From Cyanobacteria bacterium P01_D01_bin.156 (GTDB taxonomy: Bacteria > Cyanobacteriota > Cyanobacteriia > Phormidesmidales > Phormidesmidaceae), in the NCBI GenBank assembly GCA_039024555.1, contig JBCCQQ010000013.1, positions 32,001 to 96,000 of the forward strand: DNA of 64,000 nt, in the 5' to 3' direction. Made by a program: the position numbers and the translations under genes. Of this stretch, positions 52,225 to 62,561 are shown one piece after another. The first letter of the stretch is position 1; every line of letters starts with the position of its first letter. Under the pieces are notes generated by a model. That model saw nothing but the letters and a program-made list of their open reading frames with translations, did no database searches and had not been told where the DNA came from.

Positions 52225-53709
52225 ATGACGTCTGGTGCAACCCTTACAGAAAAAACGACCGAGCAACGGAACTGGCAACCCATTGTTCAGGAATTTATGC
52301 GGGCATTGGGCGAGGATCAGGTGGTTCGCCGTAAGGAAGAACTCTTAGTGTACGAATGCGATGGCTTAACTAGCTATCGTCAACGTCCCGCCTTAGTTGT
52401 GTTGCCTAGAACTACGGAAGAGGTCGCAGCGGCCGTTAAGATTTGCGATCGAAATCAGGTTCCCTTTGTCACACGGGGGGCTGGAACTGGACTTTCTGGT
52501 GGCGCCCTTCCCCTGGAAGATAGCGTACTCATTGTCACCGCCTGTATGCGGCAAATTTTAGATATTGACTACGATAACCAGCGCATCGTCGTCCAACCCG
52601 GTGTAATCAACAACTGGGTCACCCAGGCTGTCAGTGGTGCTGGTTTTTATTATGCGCCCGATCCATCTAGCCAGTCCGTCTGCTCCATTGGCGGCAACAT
52701 TGCAGAAAACTCGGGTGGTGTTCACTGTCTAAAATATGGGGTAACGACTAACCATGTGCTGGGCCTTAAACTAGTCCTCCCCAACGGGGATATCGTAGAC
52801 GTCGGTAACATATCAGAAACGCCAGGCTACGATTTAACCGGTATCTTTGTTGGCTCCGAAGGCACCCTGGGTATCGCTACCGAGATTACCCTACGCATTC
52901 TTAAATCTCCAGAGAGTGTCCAAACCCTCCTGGCTGACTTCGATAGCGTTGAAGCTGCTGCTAACAGCGTGTCCGACATTATCGGAGCCGGGATCATTCC
53001 AGCTGGGATGGAAATGATGGATAACTTTAGCATCAATGCGGTAGAAGAAGTCGTGGCCATGGACTGCTACCCCCGAGATGCTACTGCCATCTTGTTGGTG
53101 GAAGTGGATGGTTCCCCAGCTGACGTGAAGGCCAGTGCTAATAAAGTTAGCGAAATTGTTAAGGAAAATGGCGCCAGGGACGTTGCGATCGCAACCACGG
53201 CAGAAGAACGCTTACGCCTTTGGAAAGGCCGCAAAGCTGCCTTTGCCGCCATGGGTAAACTTAGCCCAGACTACTATGTCCAAGATGGTGTCATTCCTCG
53301 GTCTGAGCTCCCACAGGTTCTCAATGACATCGAAACCCTTAGCCAAAAATACGGTTATCGGGTGGCTAACGTCTTCCACGCCGGAGACGGCAACTTACAC
53401 CCGCTTATTCTCTATAACAATTCCATTCCCGGGCAGCTGGAAACGGTTGAAGCCTTGGGAGGAGATATCCTTAAACTTTGCGTTGAAGCAGGCGGCAGCA
53501 TTTCTGGAGAACATGGCATCGGAGCCGATAAACGCTGCTACATGCCCCAAATGTTTACCTCAGCAGATTTAGACACGATGACCTGGGTCCGTCAAGCTAT
53601 CAATACCCAAGGACTGGCCAACCCTACAAAGCTATTTCCCACCCCGAAAACCTGTGGAGAAGCTGCCACAGCTCAATCTACTAAGTTTGAAACTGTAGAC
53701 CGCTTTTAG
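52225..53709 (+). CDS. glcD: Glycolate oxidase subunit GlcD (FAD-linked oxidase)
   Basis: YECDGL, RGAGTGLSGG, APDPSS, GSEGTLG, HAGDGNLHP, GEHGIG. Confidence 0.92.
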   Translation: MTSGATLTEKTTEQRNWQPIVQEFMRALGEDQVVRRKEELLVYECDGLTSYRQRPALVVLPRTTEEVAAAVKICDRNQVPFVTRGAGTGLSGGALPLEDSVLIVTACMRQILDIDYDNQRIVVQPGVINNWVTQAVSGAGFYYAPDPSSQSVCSIGGNIAENSGGVHCLKYGVTTNHVLGLKLVLPNGDIVDVGNISETPGYDLTGIFVGSEGTLGIATEITLRILKSPESVQTLLADFDSVEAAANSVSDIIGAGIIPAGMEMMDNFSINAVEEVVAMDCYPRDATAILLVEVDGSPADVKASANKVSEIVKENGARDVAIATTAEERLRLWKGRKAAFAAMGKLSPDYYVQDGVIPRSELPQVLNDIETLSQKYGYRVANVFHAGDGNLHPLILYNNSIPGQLETVEALGGDILKLCVEAGGSISGEHGIGADKRCYMPQMFTSADLDTMTWVRQAINTQGLANPTKLFPTPKTCGEAATAQSTKFETVDRF

Positions 53710-53974
53710 CATTTGAGTAATACAAAACGGCCTTTTTTTACCCAACTTCTCCGCATTTATACGTAGAGATCACTCCAACTATTTGTACAAGTTCTGTACA
53801 TTAGCTGATAGCTCTACCAAGGTATAAGGGTAGGTTAAAACCGTAGCGCTAATCAAGCAAGACCAAAGCTTTTCAGGTTTTCACCCCAGATGATAATAGA
53901 TCTGATAGCCATGGGTAGCTTAGAAGCTAGGAGCTAGACGCTACATCCCAAACCTCAAGGAGACACTTTCCATA

Positions 53975-54580
53975 ATGAAGACAACTCTACGTGCAAAGCT
54001 ACTGCAGCACCTAGTCAGCAAGAAAAAAGCTAACGAAGGTTTTACCCTAATTGAGCTACTGGTAGTAATCATCATCATCGGTATTCTAGCTGCGATCGCT
54101 CTACCGTCCTTCCTCAACCAGGCAAACAAAGCCAGACAGACAGAAGCCGTTACTAATGTTGGTGCCATCAATCGTGGCCAGCAAGCATACGTACTTGAAA
54201 AAGCTAAATTTTCTGACTCAATTAGTGCACTAGGTATAGGTATTAAAGTGCAGTCAGAAAATTACCTTTTCGGCGATGGTACTAATCAAAACGATCTTGT
54301 TGGCATGACTGCAAGCGCCACATCTGCCACTGACTTTAGTAAAGGTGGAGTTGTCGTTGCTAATCCTGTGACGGCTCAATCTTCTAACTTGAAGTCTTAT
54401 ATTGGAGCCGCCTATCTGCTGTCTGAGGCGGTTACTAGCGAGGTTACATCAACTACGCTTTTATGTGAGAAAAATGACCCTGGTGTAGCACCTGCAGTAG
54501 CTAGTTTGTTTTCCACAATTAGCAATATTGGCTCAACCGGTACCCAACTAGAATGTGCTACTGGTTTTACGGCGAAGTAG
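53975..54580 (+). CDS. Type IV pilin (PilA-like)
   Basis: Basic leader with cleavage site NEG|FTLIELLVVIIIIGILAAIALP; two C-terminal Cys; AAGGAG RBS. Confidence 0.92.
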   Translation: MKTTLRAKLLQHLVSKKKANEGFTLIELLVVIIIIGILAAIALPSFLNQANKARQTEAVTNVGAINRGQQAYVLEKAKFSDSISALGIGIKVQSENYLFGDGTNQNDLVGMTASATSATDFSKGGVVVANPVTAQSSNLKSYIGAAYLLSEAVTSEVTSTTLLCEKNDPGVAPAVASLFSTISNIGSTGTQLECATGFTAK

Positions 54581-54583
54581 TTT

Positions 54584-54714
54584 GTTATCTAGCTTTGCAA
54601 AAAGCTAGATAACGCAGTGACTTAAAAGCTGAGTACGATAGTTATTGCTTTCGTACTCAGCTTTTGTTTAGATGAAAGCGTCTGACAGTTCACCAAATCT
54701 GTTAGACGCTTTCA
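54584..54714 (+). terminator. Three consecutive stem-loops after the pilin gene
   Basis: GTTATCTAGCTTT/AAAGCTAGATAAC (54584-54613); AAAAGCTGAGTACGA/TCGTACTCAGCTTTT (54624-54665); TGAAAGCGTCT/AGACGCTTTCA (54673-54714). Confidence 0.75.
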
Positions 54715-54960
54715 ATGTTAGGACGAGCCAAGCCAACTGGGGGCTGTAGTTTTTGGAAAAATTAAGGCAAGCAAGCATTTTATTCATCAGGTCTTCAAGT
54801 CATTGAACTCCATCTAAACCAGACATTTTGTTGGCGTAAACCTTAAGTTAAGGAGGCTTTGTTTGCTTGGATGCTTTTGGAAGCCACTAAAGATAGTGGT
54901 AAAAGGCTAACTCTTTGTTCTGTTTTGATTGTAGTGAGCTTGCAATAGGTCAAGCTTGAT

Positions 54961-55749
54961 GTGTTTATGAATTTGTTTCCCATTTTCAAATTCCTGTTAC
55001 CACTAAGTTTGCTATTGGGGATAGGGCTCTTTCAGAGAGCTAATCTAACCAGTATTAAAGGTGATAGCTTAGAAGAAATATCTGAGTTTGATATGCAGCA
55101 GCAAAGTGAAGCTTCCGCCTTGCGTTTTCAGCTTTTATCAAACTTACCTGATTTTGGCTTTAGCAATCTTGTTAGTAGTTGGACGTTTCTAAACTTTTTA
55201 CAGTACTTTGGTGATTCTGAGATGCGCGAGCAAACAGGCTACCTTCTCAGTCCAAGTTTTTTTGAGATAATTACAGACCGCGATCCTGGTTTTATTGATA
55301 GCTATATCTACCTTGCCAACAGCATCTCAATGTATGCAGGGCAACCACGCGAATCGATTCGCTTAATGGAGCAAGGCCTATCAGAACTGTCCCCTGAAAC
55401 AGTGCCAAGATCTTACCTGGTCTGGCGTCACAAAGCGACTGACGAGCTATTGTTTGTTAGGGATACACAAGCCGCACAAATATCCTATGCAACAGCTGCT
55501 GATTGGGCAGAGCGTTCAGCTGATCCAGATGCGGCAAATATTGCGGCAGCGTCAAACCAGACCGCTGTATTTCTAGCCAATGAACCTAACAGCAAACCTG
55601 CTCAGATTAGTGCCTGGTCACAGGTTTTACTAAGAGCTACAGATGATACTATCCGAGAGGCAGCCATATCTAACATTGAGGCCTTAGGAGGTAGAGTTTT
55701 GCTTGCTGAAAATGGTCAAGTAACGGTTAGATATCGCAGTGAGGAGTAA
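54961..55749 (+). CDS. Membrane-anchored pilin-associated hypothetical protein (helical/TPR-like)
   Basis: N-terminal hydrophobic helix; P.FGF.NL...W.FL.FLQYFGD...TGY motif; follows the pilin gene. Confidence 0.65.
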   Translation: MFMNLFPIFKFLLPLSLLLGIGLFQRANLTSIKGDSLEEISEFDMQQQSEASALRFQLLSNLPDFGFSNLVSSWTFLNFLQYFGDSEMREQTGYLLSPSFFEIITDRDPGFIDSYIYLANSISMYAGQPRESIRLMEQGLSELSPETVPRSYLVWRHKATDELLFVRDTQAAQISYATAADWAERSADPDAANIAAASNQTAVFLANEPNSKPAQISAWSQVLLRATDDTIREAAISNIEALGGRVLLAENGQVTVRYRSEE

Positions 55750-55867
55750 AACTTAGGAGCAAGTGAGAAAGCCTGAGTTAGCTACCTATAGGGTGCGAAG
55801 AAAAGTAAGAAGTTGATAGATGCTACTCGATTACCGATTAACTTCTTGCTCCTTACGCTGGATTTTG

Positions 55868-58447
55868 TTAGGTAGTGTTCGATGATTCAAGCTTGGATAT
55901 GAGTCTTTGACGACGTGGCTGAAGAAACCTTTCAAGTTCTGGGAAGAAAGTAGGTGTAGAGAAGAGAGTTGTTAAAGTAGCTCTCACAGGTTGATTAACA
56001 ATTTGAGGAGCATAATCGATTGGGAAAGGTCCGTCGATATGTCGGTTTAGGATACCGAAGCCAATTCTTTCACTACGGGGTTGAAGAATCAGGCCACTAT
56101 TTTTTAACCAATCATCAAAACTCGTTGCCTGTCTCATCGTTCTCGCAAACTGGTCAACTTGTTCCGAGGTAGGCAGTGCGATATTAAATTGTGGCAAATC
56201 ATTTCTAGGTTCAATTAGAAGTTGCTCTAACAGAACTTGTCGTTTTTCTGGTTGCAACCAAGCTAGAAATGCTTGGTTGCCAGTCATATTCTTTGGTATG
56301 TCGCTCAGCTGGAGACGTTTCCCCTGTGCTAGTTGCAATACAATCTCTCCTGTCGGAAAATTATGCCAATCTTCAGCCGCTTTGCTGTAACTGCCTTGCC
56401 ACCAATGTAGAGCACCTCTTTGACGTTCTATGTGAGCTCTGAGCAAGGGATCTGTAGTTTTGAGAGATTGAATATCTGTTACGTATACTTTCTCCAGTTC
56501 TTTAAATACGTCCTCCTTAACAGTATCAAGCTCTCCCAGTTGCCAAATCGGACTAGTAAGTACTGTGGGGAAGCGTAAAAGCTCTATGACCAAAGCTTCA
56601 ATAGCCAATGAAGGCTGTTCACTACGCAATAGGGAAAGACCTAGACCTAGGAAAACACCTTGCTTTGCAGGAATGAGAGCAGCAGAGTTAGTAAAAACAC
56701 GAACGGCATCATGGGGGCTAGTCTGGGTTAATAACCAACCTAGATTAGACTGACCAAATTCTTGGTAAGGAGCGATTTCATTAGCTTTCTGAAACCATGT
56801 AATGGCATTCTCCCGAAGTCGAGCACTTGATTCTCCGCTAACCTGAAAACTAAAGTCTCCTAAAGTCCAAGCGAGCATAGATGGGTAGTACGGTTCCCAA
56901 GGGGCTAACTGATGAGCTTGGGTTAAAGCTGTTTCAAAATTGTCAAAGTTACCGAGCTCTAGCTGATCAAAGCCTTGTTTTGATAAAGCCCAGGCTCGAT
57001 GAATGGGGACCAACCATAAAGTAATAACCAGCATTAAACCAAGGCCAGAACATACCCGGAGGTATGACAAGACTCTCTTAGCTGGAATATGGCCTCTAGT
57101 CGATGGACTTTGAAACACCCTTGCTAAAATGACAAAATTTATTATCAGAACACCGCTGATGGCTGGAGTATCTAACTGATAGTCCGTTAACCCCATGAGG
57201 CCATAAGCCAACAGGCTGGCTAGTAGGCTCCAGACTAACACTGGAGGGATAAACGATTCAGTTTTTCTTTGCTGGCTCCAACCCCAGGTTCGCCAAACAA
57301 GAAGGCTTATCAGGGTTATCATAGCTCCCACACCCCAAATACCCAGTTCCGCCCATAGCTGGGCTGGGGTGCTATGGAGCTGAAAGTGTAGTTCTGCCTC
57401 GCGTCCGGCCCAATAGGGGCGATATTTTTGGTAAAGCTGAAATACACCACCAGGGCCAACACCAGTCAGTGGATGGTCTAGGCCCATATGCCAACCAATG
57501 GTATTTGTAATAATACGATACCCGAGCTCACTATTATTGGTTTTACCCTGTAAAAGAGCTAGCAATGGTCGCCGAACACGACCGTTAGCCAAGGTAATGG
57601 CAACTAGGGCACATAGCATTAAGCTGCCCGTAGGTAAGACTAAACGATGAGGGAGAGAGCTGCGAAAGAGAGTAATAGTAAGCGCGATCGCAATAGTCAC
57701 AATCAGCGCCAGTAGTCCACCCCGAGAACTTGCTGTGTATAAATCGATCAGCCCCAAACCACAGCCAGCTATCCATAGCCAACGCTGCCAGCTTTTTTCG
57801 ATAACGGCTAGCCCAAACAACAAAGGCAAAATTAAAACCAGATAGCCTGCTACGTAGTTTTGATGCCCAAGAGGGTACCAGTTACGCAGGCTGGTCACGC
57901 CAAAGTTGAACTGTTGGGAGACTCCATAGGGTTCGAGCCCAGCCAAGCGCTCCAATTCGGGAAAGTAGGTTCGCGATAACCATAGACCCAAACTAACAAG
58001 AATAAAAGCAACACCCAGAACAGCCTGAAACTTGAGAAGTAGAATCGTTTGTTTTGGCGTTTTTACCCAACCGGATAGAGCATACATAGCTGCAATACCT
58101 CCTAGGGCTGCCCAAGAGTACCAAATCGCTTGGTTAGGAAACTCTGCAAATAGGGTGGAAACGCCTAGACCGATTACCAAAAGAGCCATGGGCCAATCCA
58201 ACCCTGAACCCAATTTAAAGGCAGATAGCGGCTTAAACCAAAGCTGCCACAACAACCAAATAATGGGCAACATCAGGGTCACCTGCCACACTGCCACCCA
58301 AGGCCACGAAACCATCAGGGAATGGCTACTGGGCAATAGGGTAAACAACACATAAAACCCAACTGTTAGCAGTCCGATTAGATTGCCATTCGCGGTTCCT
58401 GGAGAGACGGGTGCTGTTAGAGGGGATTCTGAGGCTGGCAGAGACAT
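55868..58447 (-). CDS. O-antigen ligase (Wzy_C) family membrane protein with TPR extension
   Basis: Multi-TM; PLGHQNYVAGY, SSRGG, HPLTGVGPG, HSTPAQLWAELG. Confidence 0.82.
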   Translation of the reverse strand: MSLPASESPLTAPVSPGTANGNLIGLLTVGFYVLFTLLPSSHSLMVSWPWVAVWQVTLMLPIIWLLWQLWFKPLSAFKLGSGLDWPMALLVIGLGVSTLFAEFPNQAIWYSWAALGGIAAMYALSGWVKTPKQTILLLKFQAVLGVAFILVSLGLWLSRTYFPELERLAGLEPYGVSQQFNFGVTSLRNWYPLGHQNYVAGYLVLILPLLFGLAVIEKSWQRWLWIAGCGLGLIDLYTASSRGGLLALIVTIAIALTITLFRSSLPHRLVLPTGSLMLCALVAITLANGRVRRPLLALLQGKTNNSELGYRIITNTIGWHMGLDHPLTGVGPGGVFQLYQKYRPYWAGREAELHFQLHSTPAQLWAELGIWGVGAMITLISLLVWRTWGWSQQRKTESFIPPVLVWSLLASLLAYGLMGLTDYQLDTPAISGVLIINFVILARVFQSPSTRGHIPAKRVLSYLRVCSGLGLMLVITLWLVPIHRAWALSKQGFDQLELGNFDNFETALTQAHQLAPWEPYYPSMLAWTLGDFSFQVSGESSARLRENAITWFQKANEIAPYQEFGQSNLGWLLTQTSPHDAVRVFTNSAALIPAKQGVFLGLGLSLLRSEQPSLAIEALVIELLRFPTVLTSPIWQLGELDTVKEDVFKELEKVYVTDIQSLKTTDPLLRAHIERQRGALHWWQGSYSKAAEDWHNFPTGEIVLQLAQGKRLQLSDIPKNMTGNQAFLAWLQPEKRQVLLEQLLIEPRNDLPQFNIALPTSEQVDQFARTMRQATSFDDWLKNSGLILQPRSERIGFGILNRHIDGPFPIDYAPQIVNQPVRATLTTLFSTPTFFPELERFLQPRRQRLISKLESSNTT

Positions 58448-58523
58448 GGAGAAGAAGGAGGGATGGTATGCTGTGATAGTGAGCGAAAACGCACGGATAA
58501 AATCAAAGGGTTATCATTACGGC

Positions 58524-61046
58524 TTAAGCTGCTTCAATATATTGTGGCTCAGTCAGTTTGAAGTTGTTGCGCGTGGGATGGGGTAATCCTAACTCGTTAG
58601 CTCGAATACTCTCTACTAAGTGGTCTAACAGGATAAACTCTCTTGGCCATGTGAGCGTAAACAGCTTTAGTGTAGAGGGTAACGAAAACTGACGAAGATT
58701 GTCAGGCAGTAGGATAGACGATATTTTCTGGGCATAGTGATTGCGATAGAGTAGTCCTAGAGCTACCCGCTGACTGTTAGAAACAGGTTGTGTGGTAGAG
58801 CGGAGCCAAGATTGCATTGTGCGATGTTCCAGAATGTGAACTCGTAACACATCCTCTTCCAGAGAATCCAGACTACTTGTATCTAAGTACTGATCTAGCT
58901 TTTCGGGCCTCAGCCAAGCATTAACTAAATCGCAGGCTGATGAGTCTTTTGGGACGTCTGTTGTACATTGCTCTAACAACATTGCAGCCTGTTCTGGGGT
59001 TTTTTCAATTGTGAACAATGCCTGTAGTAAAAGGCGCTCCGATGACAGATTGTTTTCTTGACCGGACCACCAGCGTAGGGTGGTTATATGGTTTTCCAGA
59101 TCGTGGCGTAGGGGATGTGCTGATGGTAAACCTGATAGCACTGTTTGATAGTGCTGTAAGGTTCGGGCAAACACGGCCTCCCGAAAATCTGCCAGTTCTT
59201 CGTACCAGCTGGTAAACAGAAATGCTTGGGGATTAATCAAGCATTCCAAGGCCCAAGCATCAATAGCCCTATTCATATCACCTAGGGACTCAGCTGTTAG
59301 ACCTAGCAAATAGTAGCTGTGGTTTTTGCTCCTGGGGCTAAGCTGCACCACTTTTGTAATAGCCTGCTGGGCTGTGGCTACATCGCCCGTTTGCCAAGTG
59401 AGCACTGCCAGATTTTGATTAAACCAAATGTCATTAGGTGCTGTTTGGAGGGCTTGTTGATAAAGTTGAATAGCCTCTTGCCGTAAAATCTCCCGGTTCT
59501 CATCATTAGCAGTGAGGGCAATTTCAGTCAGTTGTTGTGCTCCTAACGCACTAGGAGTTGGGTCCCAAGGCGTTAAACTACTCGCAGTATAAAATTTATT
59601 ATCAGACTGAATAAGATTTCCTTGACTAATGGATGCTAACCCTTGATGAGTCATCAACAGGGATAAATCTGCACGTAGCCAAAACTGCCCTATTAGGGCT
59701 AAGAACATCAGTATCAATAAACTGCTCCATCGCCTAATGTGCAGAGAAACTTGTAATTCAGCAGAGTCTGCCCAGCTCAACTTAGCTAGGGATACTACAA
59801 GCACAGTCAATGTAACAGCAATAGGAATATTCTCTAACTGATAGTCACTCAGGCTAGAAATACTGTACCCAAACAATCCCATGGCAGCGGCTAAACCAAT
59901 TTTCTGTTCCAGAGTAGAAGAGCATGGTGTTTGTAGATAGCAGATTAATCTCACTAAACAAACCATGAGAGATATGTACCAGAGAGCCCCTAGCCATCCC
60001 ATCTCAGCCACAAGCTGGAGTGGCGTATTGTGTACTTGTTGTACTTGGTTTAATCCAGTTCCTGCTTCTAAAGGGCGATAGTTCTCATAAAGGCGTCCTA
60101 AATTACCTGGCCCTAGACCCAAGGGACGATGCTGAACAACATTCTTAACGGCATGGGCCATAAATACACGATCGACTGTTGGACCATCGTTTAGAATGGC
60201 TGGACCGCTGAAAGCTGGAGGACTTTGAAAATCCATCACTAGGGAACGTACTCGCGGATTGCTTCCCAGGAGTCCCAAGACTAAGCACAAGGCTACTCCA
60301 GCAAATGCGATCGCACTCAAACGAGCTTTGCCACGACGACGAAAAATGCTCAAAACCAGGGTCAGCAATAGTACGGCGACTCCCCCTAGCCAAGCACCCC
60401 GCGACCCTGATGCATAGAGTGCCGCTGTAATAACTGCCCCCAATCCACCATAGACCCACCGCCAGTATCCTTTATGGACCCATGCTGAGCCAAAAGCCAC
60501 AGGCATGACTAGTACAAAGTAGCCACCAGCAAAGTTATGATGGCCAAGGGGAAACCGATTACGAATTGCCTCATAAAAATTCTCTGAAAGCCACATCTCT
60601 GGTGTGGGTTGCCACAGAGCAAGACTAATAATGGCGGCAATAGCGCCTACCCAAACAACTCCTTGGCATAGCCATTGCACGCTCCAGCGAATATTGTGCA
60701 ATCCATAGAGCAGTATTCCGTAACACACCACCATCAGCAGGTTTTGTAGTGCCAAGAGTGGAAACTGAGCCCCTAAACTACTGATTGCCAAACTTATGAG
60801 TAGCCCCAGAACTAACCAATCAACGCCAAAACCTAGCCAATAAAACGGCTGTTTGAACTGCCGAAGTTTCCAGAAACAGGCTGTTGTAATCGTTAAAAAT
60901 GCTCCCTGCCAAACCAGAATCCAGGGCCAGCTCACCATGCGAAAGTAGCTATCTGGTAACCAGGCAAATATGGCTAGGCATAGCAGTCCCAGCCCCATTA
61001 AACCTTCGAATACAATTAATCGGTTTATTCTCAACTCACTCTTCAT
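58524..61046 (-). CDS. O-antigen ligase (Wzy_C) family membrane protein with TPR extension (paralog)
   Basis: PLGHHNFAGGY, GSRGAW, GLGPGN, HNTPLQLVAEMG; TPR segment AIQLYQQALQTAP. Confidence 0.82.
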   Translation of the reverse strand: MKSELRINRLIVFEGLMGLGLLCLAIFAWLPDSYFRMVSWPWILVWQGAFLTITTACFWKLRQFKQPFYWLGFGVDWLVLGLLISLAISSLGAQFPLLALQNLLMVVCYGILLYGLHNIRWSVQWLCQGVVWVGAIAAIISLALWQPTPEMWLSENFYEAIRNRFPLGHHNFAGGYFVLVMPVAFGSAWVHKGYWRWVYGGLGAVITAALYASGSRGAWLGGVAVLLLTLVLSIFRRRGKARLSAIAFAGVALCLVLGLLGSNPRVRSLVMDFQSPPAFSGPAILNDGPTVDRVFMAHAVKNVVQHRPLGLGPGNLGRLYENYRPLEAGTGLNQVQQVHNTPLQLVAEMGWLGALWYISLMVCLVRLICYLQTPCSSTLEQKIGLAAAMGLFGYSISSLSDYQLENIPIAVTLTVLVVSLAKLSWADSAELQVSLHIRRWSSLLILMFLALIGQFWLRADLSLLMTHQGLASISQGNLIQSDNKFYTASSLTPWDPTPSALGAQQLTEIALTANDENREILRQEAIQLYQQALQTAPNDIWFNQNLAVLTWQTGDVATAQQAITKVVQLSPRSKNHSYYLLGLTAESLGDMNRAIDAWALECLINPQAFLFTSWYEELADFREAVFARTLQHYQTVLSGLPSAHPLRHDLENHITTLRWWSGQENNLSSERLLLQALFTIEKTPEQAAMLLEQCTTDVPKDSSACDLVNAWLRPEKLDQYLDTSSLDSLEEDVLRVHILEHRTMQSWLRSTTQPVSNSQRVALGLLYRNHYAQKISSILLPDNLRQFSLPSTLKLFTLTWPREFILLDHLVESIRANELGLPHPTRNNFKLTEPQYIEAA

Positions 61047-61064
61047 GAATCACGACTCATCAGA

Positions 61065-62561
61065 TTAATAAGCCCCTAATCCCGTCAAAATGATCCGCAA
61101 GGTAGCTACCATTATTTCTAAATCTAGATTTAGAGACCAGTTATCGATGTAGTGCAAATCCAGTCTGGCCACATCGTCAAAAGTTTCGATATTAGAGCGG
61201 CCTGATACTTGCCACAACCCGGTAATTCCTGGTAACACCTGATGGCGCATGTGGTGCCAAGGTTCAAACTGCTCTATGTCTCTTAGGGGCAGAGGACGCG
61301 GGCCCACCAAACTCATCTGACCTCGTAATACATTAAATAGCTGAGGTAGCTCATCTAAACTACTACGACGCAAAAACTTGCCAACCTTGGTCACTCGTGG
61401 GTCATGGCGTAGTTTGAATAAAATGCCGTCAGCACTCTGGTTTTGTTGCTCTAGTTGAAACTGCTGTTGAGGGGCATTAACAGTCATGGTGCGAAACTTC
61501 CATACTTTGAAAACCTGCCCTCGCAACCCAATCCGTTCCTGTCGAAAAAAGACTGGACCAGGAGAGGTGAGACGAATTGAGATCGCAATCCCCAAAAATA
61601 TCGGACTGAGCATCAGCACAGCACACAAAGACAGGCCATAGTCCACCCATCGCTTAATACGATAGTCTATGCTCTGAAAGATGGAGCTTTCAATCATTAA
61701 TGTGGGTAGACCGGCTACAACTTCAGGCACTCCACGTCGATAAAGCATTTCTCGGCTTGATGGCAGTAACCGTAAAGGGATATTTGCCCGACGCAGTCGC
61801 CAATATAATCCTGACGCTAATTCCACATTAGGCACATCTTCTGCCAGCACCTCGTCCGGTTTAGTGGCCAAAATGCGCTGAAAAGTCGCTTCTGTATTTG
61901 CCATGGAAGCCATCGCTGCTCCGACCACTTGATAGGGAGAACGTCGCTCCAGTGTTTTTGCTAGTTGCCGCAATCGATGGGGTTGAGTAATTAAAAACAC
62001 TTGTATCGGTGCCCTCATTCCTTGCCAATGACTCAATAGACTATTCGCCAATAACCGAAATGCTGAAACCGACACCACACTGCTACCCCAAGCACTAAAA
62101 AACAAGGATCGAGGTGCATCGAGCTTGGGATCGTAAAAATACGCTAGTACCAAAGAGACAAAGTAAACACTGCTAACGAGCTGAGTCGCTCGTAGATAAT
62201 CTCGTGCCCGAACAGTCTTTCCATATAGACCGTAATGGCCAAACAGCAATAGCGTACTACCTGCAAATAACCAAAATAAGCTCGGTAATCCCAACCAATT
62301 CCACCACAATAGCTGTGGTGGAATTGGTGAATAAAACTGGTTTAGATACCTTGCCAACCACCAGGCTAAGGCTAGCGATAGGGTATCGCTAAGGAGCAGA
62401 ACACATGTTCTCAGACCGTTCCACCCAAACCAATGCTTTGGCGCTATTGCTCGTGTGGCTCGAATATCAGCCCCCACGGTCATCAGAAAATTTTGCTTGT
62501 GACCTGTTTTTTCTGACCCTAACTCTTTCATGCAGTGCCCTGGGAAATGGGCAGACGTCAA
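61065..62561 (-). CDS. Polyprenyl-phosphate sugar (phospho)transferase, WcaJ/WbaP-like
   Basis: KFRTM, DPRVTKVG.FLR.SSLDELPQL.NVL.G.MSLVGPRP, PGITGLWQVSGR. Confidence 0.93.
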   Translation of the reverse strand: MTSAHFPGHCMKELGSEKTGHKQNFLMTVGADIRATRAIAPKHWFGWNGLRTCVLLLSDTLSLALAWWLARYLNQFYSPIPPQLLWWNWLGLPSLFWLFAGSTLLLFGHYGLYGKTVRARDYLRATQLVSSVYFVSLVLAYFYDPKLDAPRSLFFSAWGSSVVSVSAFRLLANSLLSHWQGMRAPIQVFLITQPHRLRQLAKTLERRSPYQVVGAAMASMANTEATFQRILATKPDEVLAEDVPNVELASGLYWRLRRANIPLRLLPSSREMLYRRGVPEVVAGLPTLMIESSIFQSIDYRIKRWVDYGLSLCAVLMLSPIFLGIAISIRLTSPGPVFFRQERIGLRGQVFKVWKFRTMTVNAPQQQFQLEQQNQSADGILFKLRHDPRVTKVGKFLRRSSLDELPQLFNVLRGQMSLVGPRPLPLRDIEQFEPWHHMRHQVLPGITGLWQVSGRSNIETFDDVARLDLHYIDNWSLNLDLEIMVATLRIILTGLGAY

